From Vermamoeba vermiformis (lineage: Eukaryota), in NCBI GenBank assembly GCA_045837725.1, contig JBEWZL010000057.1:1-64000 (forward strand): 64,000 bases of DNA, given 5' to 3'. Numbering within the stretch: the stretch's first letter is position 1; every line of letters starts with the position of its first letter. Position numbers and translations under genes: made by a program. The notes beneath the pieces were generated by a model. That model ran no database searches. It was not told the DNA's origin and saw only the letters and a program-made list of their open reading frames with translations. Below, in pieces: positions 12,830 to 27,581 of this stretch.

Positions 12830-15800
12830 TTATTCCACAATATTTTTGAGCTCGTTCAACTGATTCTGCATGTCCTCTGCTTTGGCTTGAATTTCAAAAG
12901 TCTTCAAAATTTCAATGCACACGGGTCTGTTGCTCTGAGTTTGTTTAATCAGCTCGAAAAACCTGTTGAACTCTGGCATGCGGTCGTGTTTCTTGTACAC
13001 GGGTCGGATCTCGCCCAACACACGTGCCAACTCTTGGTACGACGGCTTCTTTGGCATGACGTGCAATCTTCTGCCTTTGCTCAACACTTTGTGCACATCA
13101 AACAGTGCTTTGATTTGAGTGGGTGCGACCTCTTTAGCCATATTGAGTGCTTGCTCGAGTTGTTGGTCGAAGCTACTAATTACGCTTGATTGGATCTGGT
13201 AACCACTCGTCACTGCAATCGGAATCCAGCTGCGCCAGACATAGCTTGACAATATAGACACGATCTTATCAATGAACTAAATAGGGGTATTAGTATGATA
13301 ACCCTAGCATGAGTCGCGGATCTACTTGCCTCTTTCTTGTGCAACTTTTTGGACTTGGCAAACAGTTCAGTGGCCTTCAACAGCGCGGGAATACGTTGAT
13401 TAGCCTCTTGTGTGTTGTAGAGTGTCTGTTCGCCGAACGACAAGCTGTTGAGAGCCTCTTCAACTTGGCCGTCGCTGAACTTGATTTCAATGTGCACGGG
13501 ATGGTTATCAGCGACCTTCGCCAACAAGTTGCGACGTTCTTCAGGCCAGAATGCTGGATCCGTGGTCTCTTTAATCTCCAGCAAGAGCTCGAGCGAGGGT
13601 TCAGTCGTGAACAGTGCAGCCAAGGCCTTTTTCTCCGTGGCAGCATCTTTGACCAATCTTGCTTTTTCTAACAGCCACTTGCTAGCCTTGCGCTTCAAGT
13701 CTTGTGTTGTTGAAGGAATGTCTAACGAACGCCGGCCAATGAACAGTGCGTCTTTGATCGTGTCCATGCGAGGATTGCCACCAACGGGCTCCTCGACGAT
13801 CATCTTCTCCACGGCTGGTTTCTTTGGTTTAGGTCCTCGTTTCTTCTTGGCAGGCTCGACGTTCGTGTTATTGTTGTTAGGCTTGTCAACGTTCATAGTG
13901 CCCAAGTTGATGATCCAATCAGCAAAGTCTAGCAGCTCATTGCACGAGCTGATGTACGCTACAAAACTTTCCATTTCAGGCAATGGCTCGTGTTGGAGAG
14001 CTTCAGCATTCTCCCAGAAGATACCATACAACTCCTTGGCATAGTCTCGACGTTCAGTCATGCTGATTGGTGGTGTTTTGTTCAGCGCATCCTTCATGAT
14101 TCTTGCTGCTTTCAAAGTGTCACCTTTGTTTTTCACGTAGCTAGCGAACTCGAAGTTATCTTGACTACGCTGCAAGACTTCACAACACTTGTCGATTGTC
14201 ATTCTGAATCGATCTTGGCCAAAGTTATGTGCCAGATCGCATAGCCACGTGCAAAATTTGGATAAGAACTTGGGGTCGTCGCTCTCACCAAACGTGATTT
14301 TGCGTGGGATGTTCGCTACACAGAAATTAGTTGGATTGAAATACACGGCGGATGAACGTACCATTAAGATCCTCCTCGAAATCCATTTGTTCTTCCATGG
14401 GCATGTCCATGTCCTCGTCACTGCTGTATGAGTCGTCAACGACGCGTTGTAAGTATCGCTGACGCATGTGATGCAAGTTCTCGTGCATATGGTGCACATG
14501 ATGAATGTGACCTGATCTGTTGAGTTGTGCTTGGTTCGCTTGAGGTACCAGAGCGAGTGCTTTCTCGCCCAACTCCAACGCGCGCATTTTATCTTTAACT
14601 AAACACGTGTTAATAAGGGCTTCACACGAGTAACGGGCGGTCAAATGTACGTACCAACGTCATGAACAAAGTACGCTAGTGAGATGACGTCGATGACACG
14701 AGAAGTATTGGCCAGACACTTTTCGATTACGCGTGCAATGCCGTCATTTTTCGCGATCTTCCAGCTCTGTTCGCATATCCACAACAGATCTGCTTTGTCG
14801 AACACACGATCACGACGGAAGATAGCAAGACCAACTTCCAAACCGAGGTCCGGGAACTTGTTCTTGATGCACAACTTCGCCAAGTGGATTATATCTACGT
14901 ACATTAGAAAGAGGCTTCAAAGCAGTTCATGGACATACCTTTAGCGAGTCTCAGTTGTGCGGCAATCTTCTTGACGTTGAGCTCAAAGTCGGGGGTGTCA
15001 CGCTTGTCTAACACCAACTCCATGACGTAGTCCAACACTTCTTCGCGTATTTCTGCAGACAGTGAGATGATGTACTTAAGCGAGTCCAGCGCAAATGTCA
15101 GCGCATGTTCAGCGTGTCCGAGACCATGACAGAATTTGCTGAGTTCGTACAGCTCGTCAAAGTTCTTCAAGCTACTTTTGATGACGTTCAAAGTGGCCAA
15201 CAGTTGTCCCATGGTTTGGAGTTGACACCCACAATATTTTTTTTTGGTTTTTTTTTTTGGGGGGCCATTGCGTCCTCATTTTCTTCAACAAGCATCCTAC
15301 GACGGTGAGTAAGTTATTCGATGTTGGCTATTGACTTACTTTGCAAATGCCCAGAGCACATCGCTGTTGTTGATAGCTTTCAGAGTGTTGTCGTGAGACC
15401 TCGTCAAGGCATTTCAATTTCTTGCCAATCTTTGCGATGAACGTCAGTGCATCGTCAACTAACTTCGCTTTCTCTTCGTTCAGAGGCGTGTAGTAATCTT
15501 CTGTAATCGCTGTGGTGGAAATTAGTATCCGGTGCGCACAGGGCAAGAGCTAACTTACGTCTGGAAACCAGCCAGTACGAGTTGTGCGCGTGCTGCTGAT
15601 TTTGATGAGAGTTGCGAATGGTTCCAAGGGCTCTCATGGCAAACTTCAGCGCCAACTCATCGCGCTCTCCTTTGTAGATAATATCAGCCAATTGGAGCGC
15701 GTCTTTGCCGTTGTCAACGAGTGGAATGCCCTTCTCCATAGCTTCGTCGATCTCCTTGGACTGCGGCAAACTGAGAGCGAGCTTGACACACCAAATGAAC

Positions 15801-18800
15801 ACTTCGAAGCGAGGCGTTGAAGAATTGGAATGCGCTTTGGCGGCAGCACTCATTCCCAAGCTGATGGCTGTAGCATCTTCTTTCATGTCGTGGAAGTCCT
15901 TAGCCAATTTGAACAAGGTGGTACTGGACAGAACTTCCGTGGCTTTGGTGGCCAATTCTTTCAGTAGCTTGGCCTTATCCTCTGCAGACTCAAGTTAATA
16001 AAGAGTAACAGACTTAAACATGTACGTACTTGAATTGGTAATCAGCTGCAAGAGCCAAGTGATTGCTGACTGATTAGAGGTCGTGGCTGTGAGTGCGGAC
16101 GTGTACCCTCCGTCGTAGTCGTAAATATTGTGACGACCGTTGTCTTCGGGTTCGCGGCGCAATGCTCCCATGCCCAAGCGAATAGCGAGCTGCATTTTGT
16201 TGTCTCTCTCACACTGTTTTGCTAATTCCAGCAACAATGAGGCGTCATTGCCCAAGTCTCCCAATATTGAAGGCAACTTCTCTTCGATTAAGTTCCAGCA
16301 ATCGGCGGCAGCGGCTACAAAAAGGCTGTTAGTATCAAGTAATCGAAAAATGTAATGCGTACCATTTTTAAATATCCAACCAACGATTTCTTTCTTGGTG
16401 GTTGTTTGCCAGTTGTTGGTGTGAGACAAGGCAAGGAAGCCCATTGAAATGGCTTCACGGGCAAATCCTTTGTCTAACAAGTGAATTGCCAAGGCTAACG
16501 CGTCCTCAGATTCTATGCGGCGCATGTTGCTCTGCTTGAGACACTTCGTGACCGTATCGATCAGGTAATTAGAGCCCAATTTGCTAGCCACATCAATAGC
16601 TCGTCTCAAGTTTGCGAACTGCACCCTTGCACCGGCAATTAAAACACGCAAGGCAGGCATGAGTAACTTCTGTCGCAGCAATGTGTCGACTTGAGCGAGC
16701 ATAAAAGTGCGAATCTCGGCGTATTTGTCTTTGCCCGCGAGTTCGACTAAGATGTCGAGCATCAGTCGTTGTTGGATCTCTGGTGGCACACTGTCGAGTA
16801 CACGCTTGACTGAACTCATTTCTTGCTCGGCCAAAATAGTGACGCACGATTGGCTGGCTAAGTCGGCCAGGGGCAAAATTGTGTTGTCGGCGATAGATGT
16901 CTTTGAAGCACCTTCGTCATCGATCACAATGGTCTCGACTTCCATGGGCTCATTTGTCAAAGAAAGGGCGGTTTTCTGTCGACCGAGTTCAGACTTCTTT
17001 TTCTTCGCAAAGCTGAGCACAAAGTCGAGAGTCCAGCGACTCAGTTCGAGCGCGTTCCACCGCTCGGGAATTTCGTATTGAAGGTACACTTGCAGCTGTA
17101 TCGGGATGTGCGATAAGCTGCTCTTCAATCCAATGACTGCCACACAGAACGCGCCTGTCGGGTCTTGATCGCGAATAGCCCTGGCAAATTTGATGGCATC
17201 GGAAGGCTCGATATTTTGTTTGAGCGCCTCCGACACGGCTTGTTCAATCTTGCCGTGCGCCAATAATAGCTCTGCGGCTTTAAAGTGTTCTCCAGAAGCA
17301 GTTGAAAGATTGACAGCCTCTTTTGCCTTGCCTAGCAGACACAGAGCGTCAATTCTTGCCTCGATGATTGCAGGTGATTCTTTGTTGATGTAGACAGGCA
17401 CCATGGCGTCTTCTTCTTCTTCTTCTTCAGGCATCTCTTCGATGCTCGGCAGTGAATCTTCATTGCTGTTGTTATTTATATTTGCAGCCTCTGGATCGCG
17501 AGGAATCATGAGCGGAATATCTCCCTTCAAAATGTGTTGCAACTTTTCGTCGTTCCAGCCAACCAGTGCACTGATGCAATCTTTGAACACGGAAATATCT
17601 TGTAGGTCTTCAAGATGCTCCATTGCCATGTTGCGCCATTGGGTAAGTTTCGTTTGCAATCTACCTTCAATTTCTTGGCTGATTTGACCTTCAGGCGAAT
17701 GTGCAACATCTCGTTGGTAAGTCCAGTATCTAAATAACGGTCGTTAATCGAATATTCATAAAGTATGCTTGATTAACGTACGTTATTAATCTGATCCACG
17801 TGGATTCTATTCGTAGCAACAAGTCGACAAAGGATGGCACATTGACCATGTGAATTTCAGAGTCAGTGATGCACGTGTTAAGCAACTCGTCCGTCAAGGC
17901 AATGCCAATTTCAATCGCTGCAAACGGTTAAAATCGGACTTAAATAATTGCTAATTAACTCACCTGTTTGCGTTTCTCCTTGGTGATACAGGTTTGCAAT
18001 GCGAATCAAGTACGGCTCAACGGCAGTTTTGATGATAGAAAAGTCACCTTCACCGAGCTCAGGGCTGTCATCGTAACTGTCTTCGCTCGATTCAAACACG
18101 CGTGATTCTATAGTGCAAATATCGTCAATAAGAGCAGAAAAAAAACAAGTCATGATTTGAGCTTACGTTCGTATCTGCGCAGGGCACTCTTGAGATCAGC
18201 TTTAATTCTGTTAATGACGTCTTCCACGGCAGCGGATGGGTGCACTTTCTTCTTCTTGTCGCCCGTGCCAATATCCTCGCTAAGTTCTGAAGCAAAGAAC
18301 GACGGCTCCTTGAGAATGCAATCGACTTCTACGTGCAAAGCAGACGGGTGCGCGAACAAGGTATTCAACAGACCATTGCGCAGCTCTTCTATGGACAGCG
18401 AATTAATTTTCTCCTTCAAGCTGTCGTAATACACCACGGATGCAGCCTAACGACAGTGTTAGATAGGTCGAGGACTATAGTACCTGCGATCACACTTACT
18501 CTGTTTGACACGAACAAAATAGTTGCAATGACATGTGCGCACCACTGGTATGAGGTCTCCTGCGAGCAATCGCATTGTGTGCCGATAATACGACCGTCAG
18601 GTGACACGGTGATAATTGTTTTGTTCACTGCAAATGTTATTGGTCAGATCATAGACCGTGATTTCAAAATGGCAAAAGAATTAATTAGCTATTTGAAATG
18701 TTTTGAATTTTCTTGCCTTATATAATATTATGGCATAATCGATCTGTCTTGGGGTTTAACTTACCATCAAAATCAGCCTGAAGTCTATTTTTGATCGCGA

Positions 18801-19147
18801 GAACGGATCTTGGCTTGTTTTCTTTTTCAAATAAATCTTTGCCGCTATTAAATTCAGAGTCCATGCTTTGCATGCGAATTGATGCCGCGGAGAGATTTGG
18901 CAATTTAACTATTGAGGATCCAAAATTAGCTCGTGGCGGATTAACAAGAGAGCGAATCAATTATGACTGATATTAGCAGCTGCTTATTATATAATTAAAG
19001 TATTTTGTACGTACTTTTATCGTCATTCTCAGCATGAGAAAGCTTCTGTTTCTTTGGCGCCAGATCCGTTTCATTATGTTCTCCTCCAAGCTCTTCAATC
19101 TTGCGTTTCTTATTTATGACGCTATTTGTGTTATTTGCATTATCCAT
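12830..19147 (-). CDS. Large SWIM zinc-finger protein with helical-repeat C-terminus (ZSWIM-like), multi-exon
   Basis: SWIM signature CDC-x7-CAH (QCDCSQETSYQWCAHVIATI) at ~18530-18580; NLS-like KKRK at the N-terminus; consecutive minus-strand helical ORFs linked by short introns. Confidence 0.7.
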
Positions 19148-19540
19148 TTTACTATTAATTATTTCAATTAGTCCAAATATGCGATAAATGCAAAAGATCA
19201 AGAAAAGAAATTATAAGATCCTTATTTGACCTAAACAAATCATACCTTTGAATTTTATTAATTCTTCGTCTTTATTATTCTTAGAATTTTTGTTCGATTG
19301 GATCTGAGAAGGGACAGCTGCTTGCTTTTGTCGATCTATCTTGTATTTGCAAATACGCTCGTATTGCTCTAAACATACAAAGGAGAAAATATTAAACGAG
19401 CCTAAATTGAGTCGTGTCACTCGTGTTCAGACCAAAAGACGAAATAAAACAGGCGCCAAATTCTGAATCTGTTTGACAAATCGCGTGACCCCGTCCGTTC
19501 TCAATTATTTGCGTGAAACGTGATTATGTAAGCCACACAT

Positions 19541-21111
19541 ATGGAGGCCAGTCCTAAAAGTAAGACGGCACCCGAACCCAAAGAGAAAGATCCGTACCCG
19601 ATCCCGGGATTTGTGTGGGACATTCGTGATTTAATTGTAGAATGGCGTAAGGTATGTATTAAATTTTTATTTAATATAATGGTACCATTTCAGGCCAAAA
19701 TCAGATCGTAGAGCGCCAAATCCAGATCTGATCATGAAGAAAAATTCCTAAAAATTACTAATTAAAGTTCTATGGCCAAATATACGCGGAATAATAATTA
19801 TTGCCGTTATCAGGCAAATAGTTTTTCATACCAACACTTCAAAGAAGCTTGGAAGCGGTTAGAGTTCTCCTACATCCACGCAGGACGGACAGAATTGCTG
19901 ACAAAAAGAGAATATGTAAATAGTTTATATCATGCCGCATATGGTAAGCCTACTTGATTATGAAATTAATCGGGATCTAATAAATACTCTTAGGTTATAT
20001 TGTTGTAAATGACTTGCAACTGCGCATTGGAGGCCTATACGCATTATATACCTTGTATTATACTCAACCTAATCAACCTCGTGTGGCCATACCAATATCA
20101 ATAGGTATAGCCCTTCACTAAATTCGAATACAGATCCTGATCTATTCTTCAGGTCTATGGAAAGAAATTGTATTATTACAACAACAAGCGATTCACATTG
20201 GCAACAAAGAGGCCTACGCAATCATCCGACGTTTGAAGCAAGACAACGCGTTCTTATTTTCAGCGAGTGTGCCCATCATTCCACCGCCGGGCATTGTTAC
20301 CGAGACCACTTCGTACGTATTCTCGTTAAATATAATAGTAGTTGATATAACTAGCAAATATCACATCAAAATGCTAACTCTTTTTGCAGAAATGTAATTA
20401 CCTTGAGGCCAGACATTTTGCACGCCAACACCACGGTATGATTTGCAGGAGGCTTTTAATATGCTGGTATTAATTAATTTCAATATGAATTAGGAAGGAG
20501 TTATCGACTTTAATTCACTGAATGATATTCATGAAGCGTATAACAAAGCGAAACTGCAAAAGACAGGAGCGCCATTAGAGGCAAGTTTAACACTGTTATT
20601 GAGCTTATGTAATGGAATATAAGAGCTCTTATATTAATTATTTGTATAGAACTCGCCGTCGCTTAATGTAATTCACGCGAATTTTACGAGTGATTTGAGC
20701 ACGATGATCAACGACGCACAACAAACTATGGCAAAGATTAACTCGGCAGATCTGAGCAGCCAATTAGATCAAATGATACATTCAGACAATACACAAGACA
20801 ATAGCAACGTTATACTAAATAATAATAGCAATGGCGCATTGTCACCAAGTTTGACATTGAGCACGACGAAGAAAAAGAAAAAACGAGTTTTTGATGAAAT
20901 TCAAACTGAAGATGAAGTGAAGACATATAATCCTAGTGATTATTTATATGAAGATACTGTCAAACGATTAAAACGACCACCGCGACAACAAAATCGAAGG
21001 ACGAGTTCAGAAGCGAGTAATACGAATGTAAATAATGCTAATAATACCAACAATAATAGTATGATCGTTGATGAAGGCTTGTCCGATAATAGCAGCAGCG
21101 ATGATTTTTGA
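19541..21111 (+). CDS. SNAPC1: snRNA-activating protein complex subunit 1 (SNAP43)-like
   Basis: Exons give FSYQHFKEAWKRLEFSYIHAG...LRIGGLYALYTLYYTQP, matching the SNAP43 N-terminal domain pattern; low-complexity Asn-rich tail. Confidence 0.75.
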
Positions 21112-21305
21112 ACGAAGAAAATAAAAAACAATTCCAAATATGGATCTAGATGCAGCGCCACAAAGAAACTACGATACTAGTATTCGGAGCGCAGCGATCA
21201 GGGACGAAGCGTGGACAGCGACATTGTGCAGTCTTCAGATAAATGTTTACTAGTACTAATACTTTCCACGGCCTGTTCGTGATTGATGCGATAAATGATA
21301 TTTAT

Positions 21306-22641
21306 TTACAATTTGGCGACAGGTCGGATCAACAAATCCAACACGTCGTCAGCAATCCGTTCAGGGTTGTCTAAATGCACGTGATGTGAGCCCTCAACGA
21401 CTTTGACTTGCAGCAGAAAATTGATGCACTTCATGCGCTCTTCAAGGGTCTCAACGATTTTTGAATTCTTTTGCAAATCTGGCGCTGGATCTCCTTTTTT
21501 AGGCGTGCGGAACTTTCTTAGCGTGCCCTTAGTCCAAAACAACAATACTGGACAATTAATACGCCTAAATAACTCGCGCGAATCTTCTTCTGAGACGCTC
21601 AGTTGTTTTTCATAAACTAAGCGTGGATCGTGCGTAAAGGCCACGCCACCAGGTACGAGCGAAGTAGACCTCTTAACTATACTCTTAGCAGAGTGCTCGG
21701 CGAGGGTCGGATTGTTGCTCATCAACTTCTTAATGCATTCTTCGATCGAGCGATAAACTTTGGGCTGTCGTCCAAAATTCTTTTTTTGCTCTTTCCATGC
21801 CTCCTCGAGCTCCAAACCGACATTTGTTGGTTCAGTACGAATAATAGGACCTAATTAGGGCAATAAGAATTCAATTCTGTTGGATCCAGAATTTTAAAAG
21901 CTTTACCTAACCCTTCTACTAAGGTAACGCTCTTAAATCGATCAGGAGTGACTCCTGCGACAATTGATGCAATACCTACATAATTAATATGTTAATCAAT
22001 CAGCAACGAATTTACTTTGCAATAATTTTGCTTTCGGATCACGAGCACGCGATCTTGCAACGAATTAATTTTGATATTAACAGCATTAATATGAGCATAT
22101 TATTTTTATGATTACCTGCACCCATCGAATGAGCTAACAAATGACAGCTTTCCCAATTCAGTGCATCCATCGCATTCAGCACTGAAAAGATGTAGGAAGG
22201 CCAAGTATAGCCAGCAGTAATAGGCAAGTGCGGACTACGACCATGACCGAAGAAATCAATTGCTACAACGCGGATCCCTTTCGAAGCCAAAATTGGTGCT
22301 AATCCGTCCCAGGTGGCGGCATTATCAAGCCAACTAATTTTAAAATTAATAACATGATTTAATTGTATACAAGAAGGTTATATTTCTTACCCATGCAGCG
22401 CTAGAACACGGATCTAAAATAAATAATTCCATTTATTAATTTGCCTGTCAATTTGAGTTTGTAATGACTACTTACAGCGCTAGACTTCGGACCCCATGTC
22501 TTACCCGCTAGTCTCATACCATTGAACAATAATAACGTTATTTCTTTGCTTGGAAACTCTGCTGCAAGTTTTTCTTTGGGATTTGGCTTCATTTGTTGCT
22601 TGCGATGCCTGTGGCACATTTGCAGGGGTAGGTTGTGCCAT
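21306..22641 (-). CDS. Alpha/beta hydrolase, serine hydrolase-like (SERHL type)
   Basis: LHGWLDNAATWD, IDFFGHGRS, nucleophile elbow AHSMGAG, C-terminal GSHHVHLDNP. Confidence 0.85.
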
Positions 22642-23014
22642 GGTTGTATTATATACAGTAGTTAAATAAATAAATATCCTTGTGCACAAAAACAAATTGG
22701 CCCGTGGGAACCGATCTCGTTCCGTAATCGCGGAGAAAACACGGAGCCCGCTTGTGAATCAGTCAATAGTGTCCGTTAACTAAACAATATACTATGTATC
22801 AATATTAGAGCGTACCGTGACTGGATGGTGGCAAAATCCAAGATAATCCAAATAATTCGCATCTATTTACCATTTTTATCTTTAAATGAGTTTCAGACTG
22901 CGCGTTCAAACGATTAAAATACTCCATATTATAGCGTTGATTCGCTACTAGTATTTTTATAATCTCATCCTGTTTATTAAAGATGCAGATGATACTTTTG
23001 TAGTATTCAAATTT

Positions 23015-26000
23015 CTAAACCAATTTGGACAAGACAGCGTAGTTAGGAGTACCTACAAATAATAGAGTAAGTATATATAGTCATGCGAGATGAGAGATCG
23101 GACAAATCGTCCATTAAAATTAACTTACCAAGACCGGTAACGGGATCCCAACCAGGATTGCAATAGAAGCCAGTGTAATAGCAGCAGCCGTATTGGTTGT
23201 TACTATAGAGGTCTATTAGTACATATACATGGCATTATTCACACGTCAAATTGCTCAATTTAGACTTAAAGTACGTTTAAAAAGCGAAAGCGTAAGCGTA
23301 ATGGCTGAGCTCCGCTTTATTAACGAATTCGAGCAATAATTAAATACGCACCCGACAGTAACGTCATAGAACGCATTCTTAGTCTTAGTGGCAGTTTGGT
23401 AGAGCCAGGGGTTCAAGAAACCAAGAGGAGGCTTGTTGCTTCTCAAACGAATGTCGTTCAAGAGCGAGATAATGCCTGTAAATACGTTAGTACAAGGGCT
23501 ACGTATTATATTCATGCGATATAGCCGCAATATTCAAGCAGATTTGTTTTTCTAAGGTTTCTAACGATCCTGGATGCGGAGCTAAAAACGTACCGGCAAA
23601 AGTAGGAGCGGAAGCAGAGGTACCAGCGACGGAGTTAGTGAAGCCACTGACAATGACTTGGAAGTTCTCGCCGTACGCTGCGACCTAATACGCATTCGAT
23701 TGTTAGTAACTTCCTAATTTGGAAATTCGCGATAGAATTTAATTCAAACTTACGTCAGGAGTACCACGACCAGTAGGGTTGTAGTAGTGACTATAAAGAT
23801 AAAAAGTATTAATATTATTCCCTTGCTAAGGTTATTGCACGCCACACATCCGGATCGTACGAGCCAAAACTTCTCAGGATAGCATTTATTTGATTACTTA
23901 CGTCTCAGGGAGGTCAGACTCAGTTTGGAAGTAGGTTTGAATGGCTTGAGACTAAAATAAAAAGCTGTTAGCTCGATCTAGATCGGGTAGATTTAAGCGC
24001 TCAAGTTCGATTGTTTTGTGTGACGTATAAATACGCTCTATAATATATAACTATACGTACTTGATACGAAGGAGCATCAAAGTGCCAGCTGAAACCTCCG
24101 CCAGACCAGCTAGTGGATTGTTCGGGACCAATGGCGTCTTGTTGGAACTTAGTGGCACCAACAGAGGTGACATAAGGGCCTATAATAGTACACAGTTAAT
24201 ATACCATTCATAACAACGGATAAATAAGCTGAGAATAATGGATCAGTTCTGGATGTAACGTACTGGTAGCAGGGAATGAAGGTTGGAACTCGTAGCAAAG
24301 CGAGCAGCCAGTGCCGCTGTCACCACTAGCAAAGATGATGCTAATACCACGCGCACCAAGCTTTTGGAACTCTTTGTTGAGACGATCTCGGTAGCTGGCG
24401 GCGGGGTAGTTGCCTTGCGAGCCATAGGAGACGGAGTGCACGAGCGGGCAGTTAGTAGCATTGGCGAGTTGGGCGACCCAAGCAGTAAGGTCTAATAATT
24501 AATGTTATTAACGGCATTAATATCGAATTTTCTTCGGATCTGCTTACCGGACCAGAAGTCGAATGGATCGTTGGACCAGAACCAAGTAGGAACCAAAGGA
24601 GCAACACCCAAGATGTACTAAGGAGTAGAATATCATTATTAATACATTTAAAGCCAATTTAAGCTCGTGTAACGTACTTGAATGTCCAAGGAGGCTTCAA
24701 CACCAGGATCAGACTCGTCGTTGTTGCCGTAGAGGTTGACAGTGTAGGACTTGGCGTACTTAGGAACATAAGTCTGCATGAACTGCTTCAAATCAGCAGT
24801 GCTGTAGTATTGTTCTTGGAACTCAGCGACGGCTTGAGTGTTGTTGGGGTGACCACCAACAGCCGAGGCTGAAACCTAATTGCTCCCGCGTTAATAAGGA
24901 TATTATATAATATTTAAGCTATTTTTAAGCTGAATTAACTCACGTTGTAACGAGCTCTGAGGACGTCAGGAGTAATAGTGCTGAGAACATCGCGTCCTTG
25001 AGGGGTAGGGCGCTGTTTGCGAGGCATAGGGAAGCTAAAGATGTTATATTAGATTATTAGAAGCCTTTTATATTGTTTTGGGGCTACTTACCCGTTGATA
25101 TGAGAGATCAAGTCGATCTTGCCATGAAGAGTTCTAGGGATGCTACAAAATCAACGATTAATATCACAAATGCGCTTAACATGATATATTAAATGAATTA
25201 AACGGCTAATTAGGCTTAAAGTAATGTACCTAAGAGGAGAAAGACTGGTTACGTGTACGCGCTTGCGTTCTTGGCTCTTGAAGGCGTGGAACTCGACTTG
25301 CAACAGTCTCTCGACATGACGGACAGGGGCTCTAACGGAGATAAAGTCCTATTATCATTATATTAATAAATTTATCGGATGTACACTCGTGCTTGAAATG
25401 TTGCAGGACTTTTCTGACAGTCGCGAGAACTCATCGCGTATCTTATAATTACCTTGTTCATATTCAACTCATAATTGAAGATTTCATGCTCTTCCAACCA
25501 GGCCAGAACAGCGTCAATATCTTCTTCAGCAGGAGCGAGCAGATTTGTGAGGTCGTCAATAGAAAGATATTGACCGTATTGTGGGGATTCGGGATCAGAG
25601 ACTTGCCTGATAGTATTAAGATTAAAATCAAGTTTATTTGGGCGGGCGATAAATCTGACAGGTCCATCTTGACAGTTCAGAAAAAGGTTCAAAATTCAAT
25701 CAAATACGCTTTAAAAAATTACATAATATTCAGTAGACAATAACTTAACTAGGGACTATTGAAATGCCTTTAAATCAAAATAGTAATAAAAGATATTTTA
25801 CAAATAAAACCCGCGTAATGTGTCTATAAGCTTAAACTAAAGAAATTAATACTCACATAAGGATCTTATCGAGTTGTTCGGTATTTCTTTGCTTGAGAGC
25901 GATCAAAAACTTGACTTCGTGTTCAGCATCGGCAGCACCCATGGAGATCCATTCAGTAGGAACGGTAACGGGCTTAGGTTCGTCAAGATAGACGCGCGTG

Positions 26001-26056
26001 CATGCCACCAAGGCGACGAAGATGCTCGCGAGCACAACGAGACGTGTTGCGGACAT
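23015..26056 (-). CDS. Sedolisin/tripeptidyl-peptidase I family (S53) secreted protease, many exons
   Basis: Signal peptide; prodomain VSDPESPQYGQYLS; EASLDIQY; ASGDSG; catalytic GTSASAP; GFLNPWLY; WDPVTGLGTPNY. Confidence 0.9.
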
Positions 26057-26451
26057 GTTGTTGGAAGAATAAAATGGATCCTGCGTGATTTTTATGAAAA
26101 TATTTTTGCTCCAAAAGAGCACAACAAGCAGGATATACAGCATTTCAATCCCTTATATATGATTTTAAAGGAACATATCATTATTTCCTTCCGTTTTTGT
26201 TTCTGGTATTAAAAGTAACGGCTATCTTAAGATGCGCGACAGCAGCTATTTCTTCTACGCACCTCATTTGCTACAATATTATTACATAATTAAATAGTAG
26301 CTTGGAGACGATGCATTGTCCGGACAAATTGGTCGCGCTACATCCACGGAGCGGGACTCATCAGGAGTTCGGAATAAATTTCAAAGCTGCTGGACGCAAA
26401 TAAAATCGCCACGCAAAGTTATTTGCAACACAAAGAATATAGCGCACCACA

Positions 26452-27184
26452 ATGCAACGAATATTAACGCCACAGAACAAACAACAAGCGGTGGATGTAC
26501 TTGTTCGCGCCTTTGCAAAAGATCCCGTTTCAAACTACATATCAACAGCTGAAGCTTCGAGAAGAGCGTTCTTCCAATTGAGTGTGAATTATTTATCAGC
26601 TCATACTTATTTATATGAAGGAAACAAGGCAGCAACAGTTTATTTCAAATCTGGCGAAGCAAACAAAAATGGACTTATGGCAGCTATTAATATCACCATT
26701 ATGTACATTAAAGCTGCTATATTATTCTTCATTCTCATGGCGTAGGGCCTCGGATATAATGGGCGTAAGTCAGAAATTTCTTAGTTTATCAACAATTTGT
26801 TAATTATCTTAATAAATAATAATATAGGTAATGGATAATATTGATAAATCAGAAAAACAGAAGCTAGCTAATTATCCGAAGTATTATTACATTTATTTTC
26901 TAGCGGTGGATCCTGATCAACAAGGTAGGTGACCTTTCAGCAATAGTAATGCGTTTCTAATCATGGTTGTACTATTAGGACGCGGATTTGGCTCAAAAAT
27001 GCTTAAAGAAATTATTGCTAAGGCAGATGCAGAGAATTGTCCAGTATTGCTTGAAGCCTCCTCAGAACGCAACAGAAATTTGTATTTATCGCACGGATTC
27101 GAAGAATTTGACGTATACAGCATGCGTTATGACCCTAGCGTCAAGTTGTGGCTTATGTTGCACAAACCTTCGAGTTCAAAGTAA
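26452..27184 (+). CDS. GNAT-family N-acetyltransferase
   Basis: AF.KDP N-terminal motif; YIYFLAVDPDQQGRGFGSKML across an intron (acetyl-CoA motif A); LEASSERNRNLYLSHGF. Confidence 0.85.
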
Positions 27185-27581
27185 AGATCAGATCTTTATT
27201 TATCACTTGAAGCATGATCGACGCTTGTTGAACCACTAATAATATTAGGAGCGATCCTTTCTAGAAATTTTCTGGGACGGGACTGTCTCAATGTCTAGAC
27301 GAGAAAGCAAAAAATCTTGGATTAATTTGACTTTAAACCCTCCTGCAATAACACGGCTAATAATACCCCGCAACCTATTTATATATATTAAGATTGTAAT
27401 TATAATTGGATTGGCATAAAGGCTGAAGGTAAGCCTGAAATTAAATGCAAGCCCATTTTCTCAGAATAAATTCAACGTTTTTTTAGCGTTCGAATAAGCG
27501 CTTAAAAATCAACATTAATGATTTTTACGCAAGTGATTTTGATTAAAATAATATAATTAATTTATTCAATGACAGATCCAA

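Noticed and set aside
13309-18725. Numerous plus-strand ORFs antisense to the SWIM-finger gene (similar shadows over the NRPS, ATPase and kinase)
   Set aside because: They are antisense shadows of real coding exons with no motifs of their own.
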